Shown here: piece by piece, positions 1 through 12,034 of the stretch
Layout: the number at the start of each line of letters is the position of its first letter
Position numbering within the stretch: the first letter of the stretch is position 1
Assembly (NCBI GenBank): GCA_004022145.1
Contig: RCNU01000017.1
From: Paecilomyces variotii
Taxonomy: Eukaryota
Reading direction: 5' to 3' (one strand)
DNA length: 39,890 bases
Translations under genes and position numbers: made by a program
Notes under the pieces: generated by a model
What the model was told of the DNA's origin: nothing
Seen by the model: only the letters and a program-made list of their open reading frames with translations
The model's database searches: none

Positions 1-29
1 ACGGTACACAGAAAAGAAAATAAACTCAC

Positions 30-122
30 TCCGTCATCTTTATGATTGACACTCAGGAACCGATGTACTTGCTGCGAGAACGAGAGCCTCCGCTGGCGCG
101 GGGGAGCTTCCACCAGCATCAT
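30..122 (-). CDS. Possible first coding exon of a gene running off the left edge (MMLVEAPPRQRRLSFSQQVHRFLSVNHKDDG...)
   Basis: Minus-strand ATG at 122, 31 open codons ending exactly at a GTGAGT donor (plus strand actcac, 24-29). The frame differs from the 40..447 ORF. No family recognised. Confidence 0.3.
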
Positions 123-1476
123 AACGCGGAAATGCCAAACCTGACAGGATCCCGACGCTCGACAGATTGATGTTGGCAACGCTTTGTCTCGGGTACGACG
201 ACCGTCTTAGTGTCGCGAGGCTGGGACCGTGGCTGGGAGGCTTGCCAGGCCACAGGGAGCGGGCAGAGGCAGAAATGCAAGTAAGCAAGCTAGTACCAGG
301 CTCGAAATCCGACTCGCATACAGCATAGGGAATGCTTGAAGCTAAAGGAGTGAACAAGTGCTTGATGCGGGGTAAAAGATGGACCAGGCCGATGAGATCC
401 AGTGAAGCAAGACAGGCATTAATTAGTATTGGCGAACAGAAGATCAAAGAAAAGAACCGGCTAGATTCACAGCCTGATGACTGCCTCAGGAGATGGGAGA
501 TGGTGTGCTGCTATTTGTATCAGTCTATTGGCCACATGAGCGAAGTGGCCTTGAACGAGCGACAGTGTTGAATATCTCGTTGAGGAGTCCAAATCCCCCG
601 AACGGGGTACTTAGAGTTGGTTGTATAGTTAGTTAGAACAGAACAGGGGAGAATCAGAGATACGCAGAAAAGACAGAAAAGACAGCAGTCAAGAGGCGAG
701 AAAAACCAAAGAAAAGAAAAGAAAAGAACAGATGAGACAAGCGTGGTGCTAGTTGGTGTATATTAATATTAGCCATGCAGGTCCATCGCCCCTCTCCCTT
801 GCATCGAGATTCTTGCCCGTCAAAATGATCTATCTGTAATTCTGGATTAGTTCGGGACAACCATTGGATCTGCTGCCGCGTGGCTGTCGACGAACTGGAA
901 GTAGTATGTACAATACAAATACATACAAAGCAACAAGTAATTAATCACTTTACACTGCAGTCTGTCTGTTCTGGTAGCTAGCTTGCTGCTTCTGCTATTT
1001 ATTTTCAATTTTCAATTTTTTTTTGTGCTTGGAGAAGGTTGTTATTGATTATCATTATTATCTTATTATCTTATCATGGTTAAATGGAGAACATTCTGAA
1101 TTAATCGTACTAGGACATTCCGCAGAAGTGGATAAACTAGGGACCTGTCTGTTTGTCAGATTGGGCTAATTAATTAGTTATTACTTTACTCTGCTCTGCT
1201 TTACTCTAGTATCTACAGTGATTGTATCTAGTTGACTATTATTCCAGACTGTCTGACTCTGTGGCTTGCCCAACGCTATCGATGCGGCTATCCGGACTGT
1301 CCCATAATACGTCAGTCAGTGATAGCGCGCTCAACGCTACTGGACAGACATTCCCCCAAGTTACAGCTTTCTCGCTGACTTGACTTTCTAGGCAGATTGC
1401 TACTTATTTAAATCACTTCCCATCGCTCGCCCGCGGTTCTCCAAAGGCTCAGTGCCCCTTGGACACCCTCCCCTCC

Positions 1477-1512
1477 TATCTATCTATCTATCTATCGATC
1501 GACCTATCTATC
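1477..1512. repeat. Imperfect (TATC)n microsatellite
   Basis: tatctatctatctatctatcgatcgacctatctatc upstream of the exchanger ATG. Confidence 0.7.
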
Positions 1513-1677
1513 ATCGTTCTCGTCGTCTCTTCACTTGCAGTCCATCCAACAGCATCTGAGAACTATCCAGCTATCCAGTTATCGGTTTGCCACTATCCTA
1601 AGCAGTCATCATCTTCCCGATCTGGAAAGCGTGCTGATTGCTGACATCGCCAACCTGTCGTCCTGGGTCATTGCTCG

Positions 1678-4035
1678 ATGAACGAATCCTCCGACGAACC
1701 TCCTTTACACCGTCTCCGTGGATGGGTCCGGATTAAAGCATATGTTTCCAACCTCAACCCTTTTGGAGCTGGTGGTCATCGGCATGAGAGACACGATCCG
1801 ACGATCCTGCCCATAGAGAACCGTTCTGCTGTTTCCTCCAACGGCCATCAACATGAACCGCACCTGCATCATGACTCCGCGGTCGAGCCCAAGCCCGACG
1901 GGTCTGCGTCTGCCTCTCAGCAGCCATCGGCCCAGGATACGACGGAGCAGACGAGATGCCCGTCGTCCTCATCTTCCCTGGGACCCGAGCAGACGAACAT
2001 GCACGATGGAGAAAAAGCTCCCCCCGTAGGGGAGTCGTCGAAACCCAACGTCTTTTTCCGTATCTATGCAACTTGCAAGACAATCATCCTGTCCAGCTGG
2101 ATTAACTGGCTGCTCCTGTGCGTCCCTCCTGGCATTGCCCTCGGAGCGCTCCATCGGAACATGGGCGACCAGAGTCCTGTCAGCCCGACGGTAGTATTCG
2201 CCATCAATGCGGTCGCTATCATCCCTCTGGCATCCATTCTGGGATATGCAACAGAATGCGTGGCTTCCGAGATGGGAGATACCGTCGGAGCCTTGATGAA
2301 CGTCACCTTTGGCAACGCAGTCGAGCTGATCATCTTTATCATTGCCCTAGTGGCTAATGAGATCCAGATCGTGCAAGCGTCCCTGTTGGGCTCTATCCTG
2401 GCCAACTTGCTCCTCATCATGGGGATGTGTTTCCTGTTTGGCGGTTTACGATTCCGCGAACAGCTCTACAATTCCGCGGTCACCCAGATGAGCGCCTGTC
2501 TACTCAGTCTGAGCGTCATGAGTCTCCTCTTGCCGACGGCTTTCCACGCTTCCTTCAGCAACCTGCAGAAGGCAGACCAAGTAGTGCTCAAAGTCAGTCG
2601 GGGCACCAGTGTCGTCTTGCTTCTGGTGTATCTTCTCTACTTGCTGTTTCAGCTGAAATCGCATGCTTATATCTATGAGAGTACACCCCAACACAAGATC
2701 GATGAGGAGTCTCATCCGGGAGTGTTAGCGGAGATGCTACACACCGACTCGTCCAGTAGCGACCAAGACAGCGATGCCACCTCCGGCTCCCACACGACTG
2801 CGAAACGTCTTCGAAGGGCTTTCCGGAAGAAGAGACGCCGCAGTTCCAACACTAGCTCGAATGACACTCATTCGGTGCCATCGTTCGTCCGCTCGTTTTC
2901 TTCCAGTGCCCCTACAGTAGAGATCTCGTCCGCCAGTGAGTTTCCCGCCAACCTGCCAGCTCGCGCTACCCCGGGTCCGGACGCGGTGGCCAGCGGTGAT
3001 GAGGCGGACGCTGAAACGGCGGTCATGGCCGCGCCGCCCTCGTTCTCTGACTTTCGCTCTCGCGATTTTGAGGCGGAGCAGATGAAACCTGGCCACCCAA
3101 CGGTATCTGTTGCTGATACCAAGCGGAAGGGTCGCCCTTGGCGAAAGAACAAAGAGCGCGAGCGAGCGCAGTCTAGATATGCCAAGAGCGAGACCAGCGC
3201 CGATCGACCTGGATCGGAGCCGGTAGTGGATCCCATTGATATCACGAGCGCCAAAGCACCACTCACCTCGTTCAACATCCGCTCTCTCTCTTATCGCCCG
3301 CCAGTGCCTCGCGTGTTGGCGTCGACCATCTTTGCTCCAACCCCTCACCCAGTCAATACTAATGTCGATGGTAAGGACACGCGCGATCTCCGGAGAACGA
3401 CGTCTCTTCCCGACCGTCTGCACGGTCTGCCAGTCCAGAATGCTGTCCCGTTGGCTCAACCGCTTCCACACCTGGTTCCGCCCAAGCGGACTGCGACCAA
3501 GGACGACTCTGACGGGAAGCCGGCTCTATCTCGAGCACCTGCTATCGTCCTGCTGCTCGTCACGACCGGGTTGGTTGCGGCTTGCGCCGAGTTCCTGGTC
3601 GACTCGATCGACTATCTCGTAGAGAGCACGGGAGTCAGTGAAGCATTTATTGGGCTGATCATCCTCCCCATCGTGGGAAACGCCGCAGAGCATGTCACCG
3701 CCGTCACCGTCGCAAGCAAGAATAAGATGGATCTGGCCATTGGGGTAGCCATCGGCAGTAGCATTCAGATCGCCCTGTTTGTGACCCCGGTGGTCGTCTT
3801 GCTGGGATGGTGTTTGAACACGGATATGTCTCTGTATTTCAGTCTGTTTGAGACAGTCTCCCTGTTCGGATCGGCCTTCATCGTCAATTATCTGATGTTG
3901 GATGGCCGCAGTAACTATCTCGAGGGTGCTCTGCTGATCGCAGCATATGTGATTATTGCTGTCGCAGCATTCTTCTACCCATCTTGCGAGAACCTAAGCT
4001 CAGCTAGCGGTCCCCGCGATTTGTCGCAATGCTAA
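1678..4035 (+). CDS. Ca2+/H+ exchanger, Vcx1/CAX family, 785 aa, apparently intronless
   Basis: Two CAX alpha-repeat signatures (NVTFGNAVELI and LPIVGNAAEH), SLLGSILANLLL, KNKMDLAIGVAIGSSIQIALFVTP, DGRSNYLEG; two hydrophobic halves separated by a long hydrophilic loop. Confidence 0.93.
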   Translation: MNESSDEPPLHRLRGWVRIKAYVSNLNPFGAGGHRHERHDPTILPIENRSAVSSNGHQHEPHLHHDSAVEPKPDGSASASQQPSAQDTTEQTRCPSSSSSLGPEQTNMHDGEKAPPVGESSKPNVFFRIYATCKTIILSSWINWLLLCVPPGIALGALHRNMGDQSPVSPTVVFAINAVAIIPLASILGYATECVASEMGDTVGALMNVTFGNAVELIIFIIALVANEIQIVQASLLGSILANLLLIMGMCFLFGGLRFREQLYNSAVTQMSACLLSLSVMSLLLPTAFHASFSNLQKADQVVLKVSRGTSVVLLLVYLLYLLFQLKSHAYIYESTPQHKIDEESHPGVLAEMLHTDSSSSDQDSDATSGSHTTAKRLRRAFRKKRRRSSNTSSNDTHSVPSFVRSFSSSAPTVEISSASEFPANLPARATPGPDAVASGDEADAETAVMAAPPSFSDFRSRDFEAEQMKPGHPTVSVADTKRKGRPWRKNKERERAQSRYAKSETSADRPGSEPVVDPIDITSAKAPLTSFNIRSLSYRPPVPRVLASTIFAPTPHPVNTNVDGKDTRDLRRTTSLPDRLHGLPVQNAVPLAQPLPHLVPPKRTATKDDSDGKPALSRAPAIVLLLVTTGLVAACAEFLVDSIDYLVESTGVSEAFIGLIILPIVGNAAEHVTAVTVASKNKMDLAIGVAIGSSIQIALFVTPVVVLLGWCLNTDMSLYFSLFETVSLFGSAFIVNYLMLDGRSNYLEGALLIAAYVIIAVAAFFYPSCENLSSASGPRDLSQC

Positions 4036-4876
4036 CAAGAAGTACACACCATCCGCAGTTGACTGTGGGAGTAGCAGTAATCGGTATGTCGGAGGTAAAG
4101 GGAGAATGAGATATTTATTTCGATCAGCCCTGTGGAGGGCTGATCAGGAGGAACTAGGACATCTGAATCCGGCTTGTCAATCGTTAAGAGTTCTTCAGCC
4201 GTTCGTTGATATTTATTATTCTTTTACGGTGATATAGCACCAGGCAAAACTGAAGAAACGTGCACTCAAATTGTCGTCTAAGCACCCCGCGTCCCGCCTT
4301 CTATAGAAAATCATATTTCCAGATGCGTATTATATCTATTATATCCTACCCACAGCCTGGTGTTCTTCAAACCTCTATATCTGGCAGCTTAGAGAAGACA
4401 GCGATCACCAACTAGAGCAATAATATTAAGTATTAATTCTCTACCAGACTACATAGAACGGAACAACGCCGCTGCACCCCGCTGCCAAGGCGCCAAGGCT
4501 GCCATGAAAAAAAGACAAGACAGCAAAGACAAGCCCCATCCCACATGGACCGAATAATAATGGTGAGACGAGACGGCACTAGAGGGATCGCAGGTCATCG
4601 TCCCAGAGCCCCAGCTGACCGTCATGGCTGGGAGAATAATGGGCCGTCATGAGGCCCAGCTCCTTTGTCGGCCCCTCACCATACCGCCGCTTTGCTTCGG
4701 GGCCTGATATTATTTACTTTCTAACTATCACTCGACCAAGCATTCAATAGTTAACACTGAATAGAACCGTGAGTCTTTCCGGCCCTTTCCGCTGCCTCTC
4801 ACACTCTCTCTTCCTGCAGTGGAATGCAAATTCCCTGGGCCATCTGATTCTAACTGGCTGCAACCTCACTAGAACC

Positions 4877-7864
4877 ATGGCTCTATCCTCTCAGTCTGTA
4901 TTCTTCCTAGGCCTCCTGGCTCTCGTCCTTCTCGCATCTCCAGCTCATGCCTTTGGAGCTGGTAATATCGCTTCTCTAGCGCGGATCGAAGGCCAGAATT
5001 TCCGTCATGGAGACGTTGAAGACGCTTTATTGACGCTGCTCATGGCCCGCGTTGCTGGTGGGAAGAAATTCAGCAAGCTCGACGTGAAGCGCGTTTATTT
5101 TGGGAACTGGCTCCGTGATTACAGTCAGGCTGTCGACGTCGGTACTGTCAAGTATGTCAGTGCTAAAGCTATTCGGATTCTACTCTGGGTTTTGGGCTTT
5201 ATCACTTTTGGGTGAGTGATGCTTTCTGGATGTATCTTGATGCTGGAGACTTCGTCTGCTGATACGTACATGCCTTCCTGCAGCTACGGTACCGAAGAGT
5301 TTGAAGTTACCGCAGAGCGCTTGGGTTGCTACCAACCCACGGAACATATTGACAACCCCCTCGGTTATGCGGACGGAGAGGACGCTCGGCAGTATGACCG
5401 TCGCCTTCGAGGCCCGGTTGATGAGGAGCGCGAATTATCAATTGATCCACGAACCGGTAGGGTCTTTTTACTAGCTGTGTGATTACTATGAGAGAAATTA
5501 TGTCTGACCGTGGGGGTTTTTTCTGCTACAGGGTTGAAAAACTACATCGCGACTGAAGACATCGGCATCAATACGTCAGCACATCTTGTGAAGCGTGTCC
5601 TGGGCGGTTGCATTGAACATGGCCGGCGGTATGCCAGGTCCGGGAACAAGGCTGATCTCTACGAGGCTCTTCGCCTGATGGGCACCGGTCTGCACTGCCT
5701 TGAGGACTACGCCGCCCATTCCAACTACACGGAATTGAGTCTGATCGAACTCGGAGAGCGCGATGTCTTTCCTCATGTTGGTCGGAGGACCCAGGTTGAG
5801 TTGCAAGGGGCGCACCATCCTGTCTACCCTATCGTCACTGGCACTTTCGGTGGTGTCGACTTCCTCCATTCCGTCATGGGAGAGTTCTCCGACAGGGCAG
5901 CTCAGTCGGAGCTTCAGGAGCTGGAGGGTGCCATCTCAGACTCACAGAACGAAGGACCGAGTGGTAGTATCTTGCAGGCTCTGCTCGACAAGATCCCCGA
6001 GGGTATCATCGGGGGTGGCCACGAGGACAAGATGAACGATTTCAAGTCGAAATCCGACGAAGCCAAGATTAACAATGAGAACATCAGCCCTCGTGAGCCG
6101 GAAGAATGGACTAACTATCTGTCTGACGTTCAGAAATCCATCTATCCAATCTTAGAGTGGCACGATAACCTACTGAAGTGCATCAACGAGGCTATTGAGG
6201 AGATTCCCGTGCTGCCGGAGATCATCGAGCAGATTCAGGATCGGCTCAGTGTCTTTGTCTTCTCGGTTATTGCGCCATACGTACTCCCGATCATTAAGCA
6301 GATCAAGACGGAACTGCAGACAGGTTCTTCAGAGGTCATCCAAAGCAGTCTGGAGCAGCAGCACATTGTCTTCAATGATGATACTTGTTCAGATCCCACC
6401 CACTCCATGTTGTCGAAGGATCACTTTTCTAATGTCCTGAACGAGCCCGCCGGTCTGGTCGCCTCTCAAGTCGTCAAATGGACTGTTCCGCAGTTGATGG
6501 CGTGCTGGGATAACGAGGACATTGATATAAACCGGACCCTGAACAGGATCGTCCATGGTGTTTTCCACCACCCCGCCCTTCGCGAACAAGGCGACGATGG
6601 AGCCGCAGACATCCGCCATATTATGTTCAGGACGGTTGAGGACTGGTGGCGTGGGCAGGATGACGAAAGTCGAAACTCTCTCCGTCGACAGTTGAGCCGT
6701 GAAGGTGTTCGTAACGGAGAGAACCATAAGGAAGGAGTTCATGATACCGGACACGGCTCCTGCAAGCCGATCAAGCTCAGCTCTGGGTTAGGCTCTGGCT
6801 CTGGCCCCAACGCAAGCGTTGGTTCCTTCGCCCAGTCCGAGACGAATCGTATCGAGAAGCTTGCGCAAGAAGCTGTGGGCGGCGGTGCCCTGGGAGGCAT
6901 CGTGGGTGGTCTGCTCGGTGGCGTCCTCGGTGGTGGTGACACTTCGGAGAAACAGAGCTACGAACGCAGAGAAGAAGTCTCGTACAGCCGACCACAGGGT
7001 CGTCCTCAACACGAATCGTATGAGAATAGGTATCAGGAACAGAGCTACAGTCGCCCTGAGGGTTATGGTGAGGAGCGCCGCTATGAGTCGCAGTTCAGAA
7101 CTGAAGAGTCGCAATATGGAGAACAGAGCTATGGCCGTCAAGAGCAGATGTACGGTCGTCAGGAACAGATGTACGGTCAGGAACAGAGCTACGGTCGTCA
7201 GGAACAGAGCTACGGCCGCCAAGAAGGATACGGTTATGGCGAGGAGGGTCGTGGTGATACATATGGCCGTCAAGAACAGAGCTACACCCGGCAAGAAGGA
7301 GGCTACGGCTACGGGTATGGAGAGGGAGGCCGTACCGAGACGTACGGACGAGTTGAACAGGAGTCACGAGGATACGACCAGCCTAGCTATGGCCGTGAGG
7401 AACGTTCCACCTATGTGGAGTCCTACGGCGGCGGCGAACCCCGTCGCGAATACGGTGAATATGAGCAGCAATCCTTCCGCAGAGGAGATGGTGGCTACTC
7501 CGAAACATACAGGCAGGAGAGCTATCCGCCTCGTAGAAACGAGTATGAATCTAGCGAGTAAGTCTATCTATCTTCCCCCTTTCTCCACTATCTAATTAGT
7601 ATTATACCTGGTCCCTATCTAACGCAGATCACCCGCAGACGCTATGAGGAAAGCTACGGCGGCGGCGACGGCAGCTCCGGCTACGAGCGCGAGCAGAGAG
7701 GTTACCGCTACGGTGGTGAGGAGGTAGACGAGCGTCGCTACGGCAGTGACGATGACAGCGACAGAGAGAAATACAGACGTCGTTATGAAGACGATGAGCG
7801 CAGACACGAGCATGGTCATGGTCATCACCATCATCATCATCACCATCGTTCGGATGACGATTAG
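4877..7864 (+). CDS. tinC: HET-C domain protein (Het-C/TinC family); exons 4877-5211, 5284-5456, 5532-7557, 7639-7864
   Basis: Hydrophobic leader then FGAGNIAS, RHGDVED, RVYFGNWLRDYSQAVDVG, RLGCYQPTEHIDNP, LHCLEDYAAHSNY, DPTHSMLSKDHF, all typical of HET-C. GT-AG introns 5212-5283, 5457-5531 and 7558-7638 preserve the frame. The symbol tinC rests on my unverified recollection that the A. nidulans HET-C-domain gene tinC lies near xdhA. Confidence 0.88.
7121..7300 (+). repeat. Coding 21-nt tandem repeat, unit EQ(S/M)YGRQ
   Basis: Translation EQSYGRQ EQMYGRQ EQMYG-Q EQSYGRQ EQSYGRQ, followed by degenerate copies (DTYGRQ EQSYTRQ). Confidence 0.9.
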
Positions 7865-8345
7865 TAAAAAATCGTCACCTTCATTCTTAGTTTGTTAGCA
7901 TGTCAGTTGATACCTTAGTTGCCGATGTGATGATAGATGATAGATGATGCACGGGGGGTGTTGTCGGTCAGGTTCAGTGGCGTTGAACAGAAGAAACATA
8001 TGGTAGATAGTGGGATAGAAAAAGCTCGGGACGGAACCGACCCGTACGTAGCAATGAGAGATGAATTGGATCGATGATGATTTAGTTTAGTTTGATAAAT
8101 TCCGAAAATGAATGAATACCATTTTCGAAACCATCCCACTCCGTGCCTTGTATTACTTGAAGTAATGAATTCAATATTAGATATATTGGATACCAAGTCA
8201 AGAACACACCTGCGGGTGTTTTCTCTTGAACATGTCATTGTTTGCGCGTGTCTGGTAGATGGATAGAATACAGGACTGCTTTTTATGTTAAATAGAGTAC
8301 AAGGAAAGATTCTCATCTCTCTTCTGTTCTTCTTGGGAAGAATCG

Positions 8346-10426
8346 CTACCACTCCTTGATCTCACCCGGCTTTGGCAGTTCGACCCGTACGACCTTGTCG
8401 CAGTTGAGGAGACATAGAGGGTCAAGGGCCAGTTTTAGCTGTAGAATCATGTTAGAATCATGCATGTTGTGCAGCTGGAGTGATGAATAGTGATATGATA
8501 TGATATCGACATCGGTGCCGCAACAATGTAGGATATGATGTGGGGAGATCAGACTTACTCTTCTCATGGTGTCTACTGTTGTCTCGCCGACTTCGTGTTC
8601 AAGGTAGTCTCGCTTGATGAGTCCAACGCCATGTTCGCCGGTGACGGTTCCCTCCATCTCGACGGCGCGCTTGACCATGCGGTGGACTACGCCCTCTGCC
8701 ACTTCTCGCTCCTTGTCGTTGAAAAGGATGATGGCTGTATTGTATTGAGTTAGTATTGATTGGAACGTAGAGAGATAGGGGAGTCTGGTAGGATTTCTTA
8801 CCGTGGAAATTGCCATCGCCAACATGACCGCAAATACCGGCAATGAGATTGCTCTGCACCATGTCCTTCTTCGTATCTTCGATAATATCCGGCAATCTGC
8901 TCATAGGCACAGCTACGTCTGTCGTCCATACATGGTCTCCAGGGCCTCGCTTCAGAGCCATCACACTCCATAGAGCTTCCTTGCGTGCACTCCATAGTTC
9001 GCGGTTCTCATCAGCTCCACGGGCGAATTCGAACGACTGCCCGGCACAACTCTTTGCGAGTTTCTGTACAATGCTAATCTGCTCCTTCACGCCGTTTGGA
9101 GTCCCTGTGAATTTGAAAAATATCGTAGGCGCCTCCTTCCATTTCCGGCTCGTCTGGCCGCCGGCATTGATGCATTTCATCTGAACGTCGTCGAGGAGTT
9201 CGACTCCAGCAACCTGAATACCCTCCTCGACCACTTTCGTTACACACTGGGCGGCATCGTGGACTGTTGGGAAGCTAACGATAGCCACGCTCTCGCTCTT
9301 TGGCTTGACCGTGAGCTTCAGAGTCGCCTCCGTCACCAGTCCTAGGGTGCCTTCGCTGCCAACAAACAGTTTCGTAAGGTCATATCCAGCACTTGACTTT
9401 CTCGGACGCTGCTTCGTCTTGATAACGGTTCCATCGGCAAGCACGACAGTCAGCGAGAGGACCCATTCCCGCATAGTCCCATATCTGTATGCATTGGTGC
9501 CAGAACAGCCGGTCCCTACCATACCTCCAATCATAGCTCCTGGACCAGGGTCTGGCGGAAAGAATAGGCCGTCCTTGGCGAGTTCCTCGTTCAACTCCTC
9601 CCAACCAACTGCTGGCTGTACAACGACATCCATGTCACGCTTGTGGACAGACACAATCTGATTCATGCGTCTGAAATCAATGCATACGCCGCCTCGCGTT
9701 GGTGCATAGTGTCCCTCCAAGCTGGTACCGCCAGAGTATGCAGTCACGGGTATCACTCTCTGATGGCAGACCTTCATTATACGGGAGACCTCTTCCGTGG
9801 TCGAGGGGTAGAGGACTAGGAAAGGCTTCTCATTCTCCTTGATGGAATATGACGACCAGTCTGAACCGGAGTGGAATCCGAGGTCAGCCTCATCTGTTGA
9901 GACATTCTCCTTTCCTAGAATTTCGACGAAATCGGCCCAGGCGGCTTGCAGATTCGAGGTCGAAGTGTTATGTCGTGGGGGAGCGGTGTCAACAAGCGAG
10001 GATGTTGAAGACGTTGGGAGAGCTGCGGGTTTGAGGGATCCGAGAAAGTAGCTGCCGGTGGTCAGGAAGACGAGTACTGAATGTTGTCAGCTATTTGTCT
10101 TGGTTTGCGCATGATACTAGCATGGTTGTATTGAAAAAACGAGACTCACCAACTGTTAGAGCTACATAACGGGGACCCGGTGATCGTGCCTGGTACTGTG
10201 CAAATCTCTCTTGTTCCGCACGTTCACGCAACAACCGTTGATGGGTGCTCTCGTATAGTTGCCCCTTGAAAGATGGCTTTTCCTCTTTGCGAAGACAAGT
10301 CGAAGCGCTGAATTGCCTGACGATATTGGAATTCTGGTGGATCGCAAACCGACTCAGCTTGGGAGCACCCGGCCGGAGAGCTCGCACAGCTGCTGCCCCG
10401 GTAGGAAAGGAGCCTCTTTTCAACAT
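8346..10426 (-). CDS. dld1: Mitochondrial D-lactate dehydrogenase (cytochrome), FAD-linked oxidase; exons 10426-10150, 10076-8802, 8734-8559, 8438-8346
   Basis: Arg/Ala-rich presequence; YSGGTSLEGH, FFPPDPGPGA, GTGCSGTNAYRYGTMR, RPRKSSAGYDLT, GSEGTLG, GHVGDGNFH, GTVTGEHGVG. Three GT-AG introns with branch sites restore one frame. Confidence 0.93.
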
Positions 10427-10826
10427 CGCAGCTCCAATCCCTGGGAATCCCTGGAAATGGTCAAATATGGCTTGAGGCTCAATGTCACCTCAAAGGACCG
10501 TAAGCAATAATGCCGCCCATCGCAGTACATGGAATCTAGATAGATCTCCATCCATCCCGCTAAAGTTCTCGGCACGTCACATGATGAGGTACCTCCACGG
10601 AATAGATAGATAACCATCACTTTATCGGCAGTCTGATCGCAAGACCGGGCCAACCCACGAGAGATTCGTAGCCCGGTCTCTCTCGTCTCTCGCCAGGCGA
10701 TTCAGTGTATTAGCAGGCGCAAGAGTCGCCGTCAATTTCTCACTGTTCTAACTGACATCACCGTCTGAATAAGTCCCTTGTTTAACTAGTCACCGCTCTG
10801 GAAACCGATCCCACCTTTAGGACGCC

Positions 10827-12034
10827 ATGGCGCGTCCCAGAAGGATCTCCAATGCCTCTTCGGCTTCCTCCCTCCCAGGGGGTAATCAAGTAAGTCGCTT
10901 TAGTCTTGTCATTGGCTCCGCGCACTCGTTCGAAGTCCCAATAGATCGGGTAAAGATTACATGCTGACTGTTGCGCGGCTATGCAGGAACTCGGGAGTAT
11001 GTATGATTATCTCGCAAAGATCATCTTGCTGGGACCCAGTGGTGTTGGAAAGTCAGTGTGGCCTTCCCAATTGAGATTCCACGCTTCAAGCTGACGCGGG
11101 GCACTTGAAGGTCATGTTTACTACACCGATTTGTGAAGAACGAATGTATGGCGCCTACGGCTGTTTTCCATGTCACGATCGAATGCTGATGGATACAGGG
11201 AGAGTGCTGTCGTCGCAGACTATCGGAGTCGAATTCTCCTCCAAGATAGTCAAGGTAGGTACGGGTCCAGGAAAGAAGAGGATCAAGTTACAGCTCTGGG
11301 ATACAGCCGGCACGGAACGTTTCCGCTCGGTATCCAGATCATATTACCGCGGAGCTGCCGGTGCGATACTGGTCTACGATGTCGCGTCTTATGCCTCATT
11401 CACTTCTCTACCGACCTTCCTCATGGATGCGCGCGCTCTGGCATCGCCTCACCTCACGGTGATACTAGCCGGGAACAAGACAGACCTCACGGTGGAGCAT
11501 GGTGATATCGACGAAGAACAAAGACCCCCGCCCACTCCTTCGAGCACTTCGAGCAAGTGGTCATCGTACCCACTTGAGTCGGGAGGCGCTTCACTGCGAT
11601 CCAATGGTACAGCAGGCTTCGGTACACGGATGACGGCGTCGATCGCACCGCAAGGCCGCGAGGTCAGTCCCCAAGAGGCGTCTCAATGGGCGGCAAGGTC
11701 AAATATTCCTGCGTCCGTTGAGGTCTCGGCTCTATCTGGAGAAGGAGTGGATGAGCTATTCAACCGGCTGGCCCGGATCATCCTCACCAAGATCGAGCTG
11801 GGCGAGATCGATCCTGACGATCCGCAAAGTGGCATCCAGTATGGCGATGGAGGGAACTGGGGCTTTGGCACCAGCGACGGCAGCAGTACCAGAACTGGCA
11901 TGACATTAGACGATGCCCCGTACTCGACTCAACGGAGATCGGGCAGATCCAACGCCAGTCATCTTGCGGAAGGAATGAGAGAATGGGAGAGCGTCTTCCG
12001 CGGACCAGTCCCAAGGCGGAGCGGATGTTGCTGA
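10827..12034 (+). CDS. Rab-family small GTPase, Rab4/Ypt4-like; exons 10827-10889, 10987-11051, 11111-11145, 11199-12034
   Basis: Spliced product reads [30 protein letters not shown] (P-loop), QTIGVEF (switch I), [33 protein letters not shown] and a C-terminal CC prenylation motif. Confidence 0.92.

Noticed and set aside
40-447. 135-aa ORF as a real protein
   Set aside because: Non-ATG start, no motif; a different frame ending at a splice donor is more plausible.
880-1268. CrzA/CDRE-like GTGGCT words upstream of the Ca2+ exchanger
   Set aside because: Only partial matches to a short consensus; expected by chance.
7121-7300. CRISPR-like array
   Set aside because: Contiguous in-frame coding repeats without unique spacers, in a eukaryotic gene.
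6788-7846. Alternative-frame and antisense ORFs (6819..7595 +, 6788..7294 -, 7619..7846 -)
   Set aside because: By-products of the 21-nt repeats and the (CAT/CAC)n His tract of the HET-C gene.
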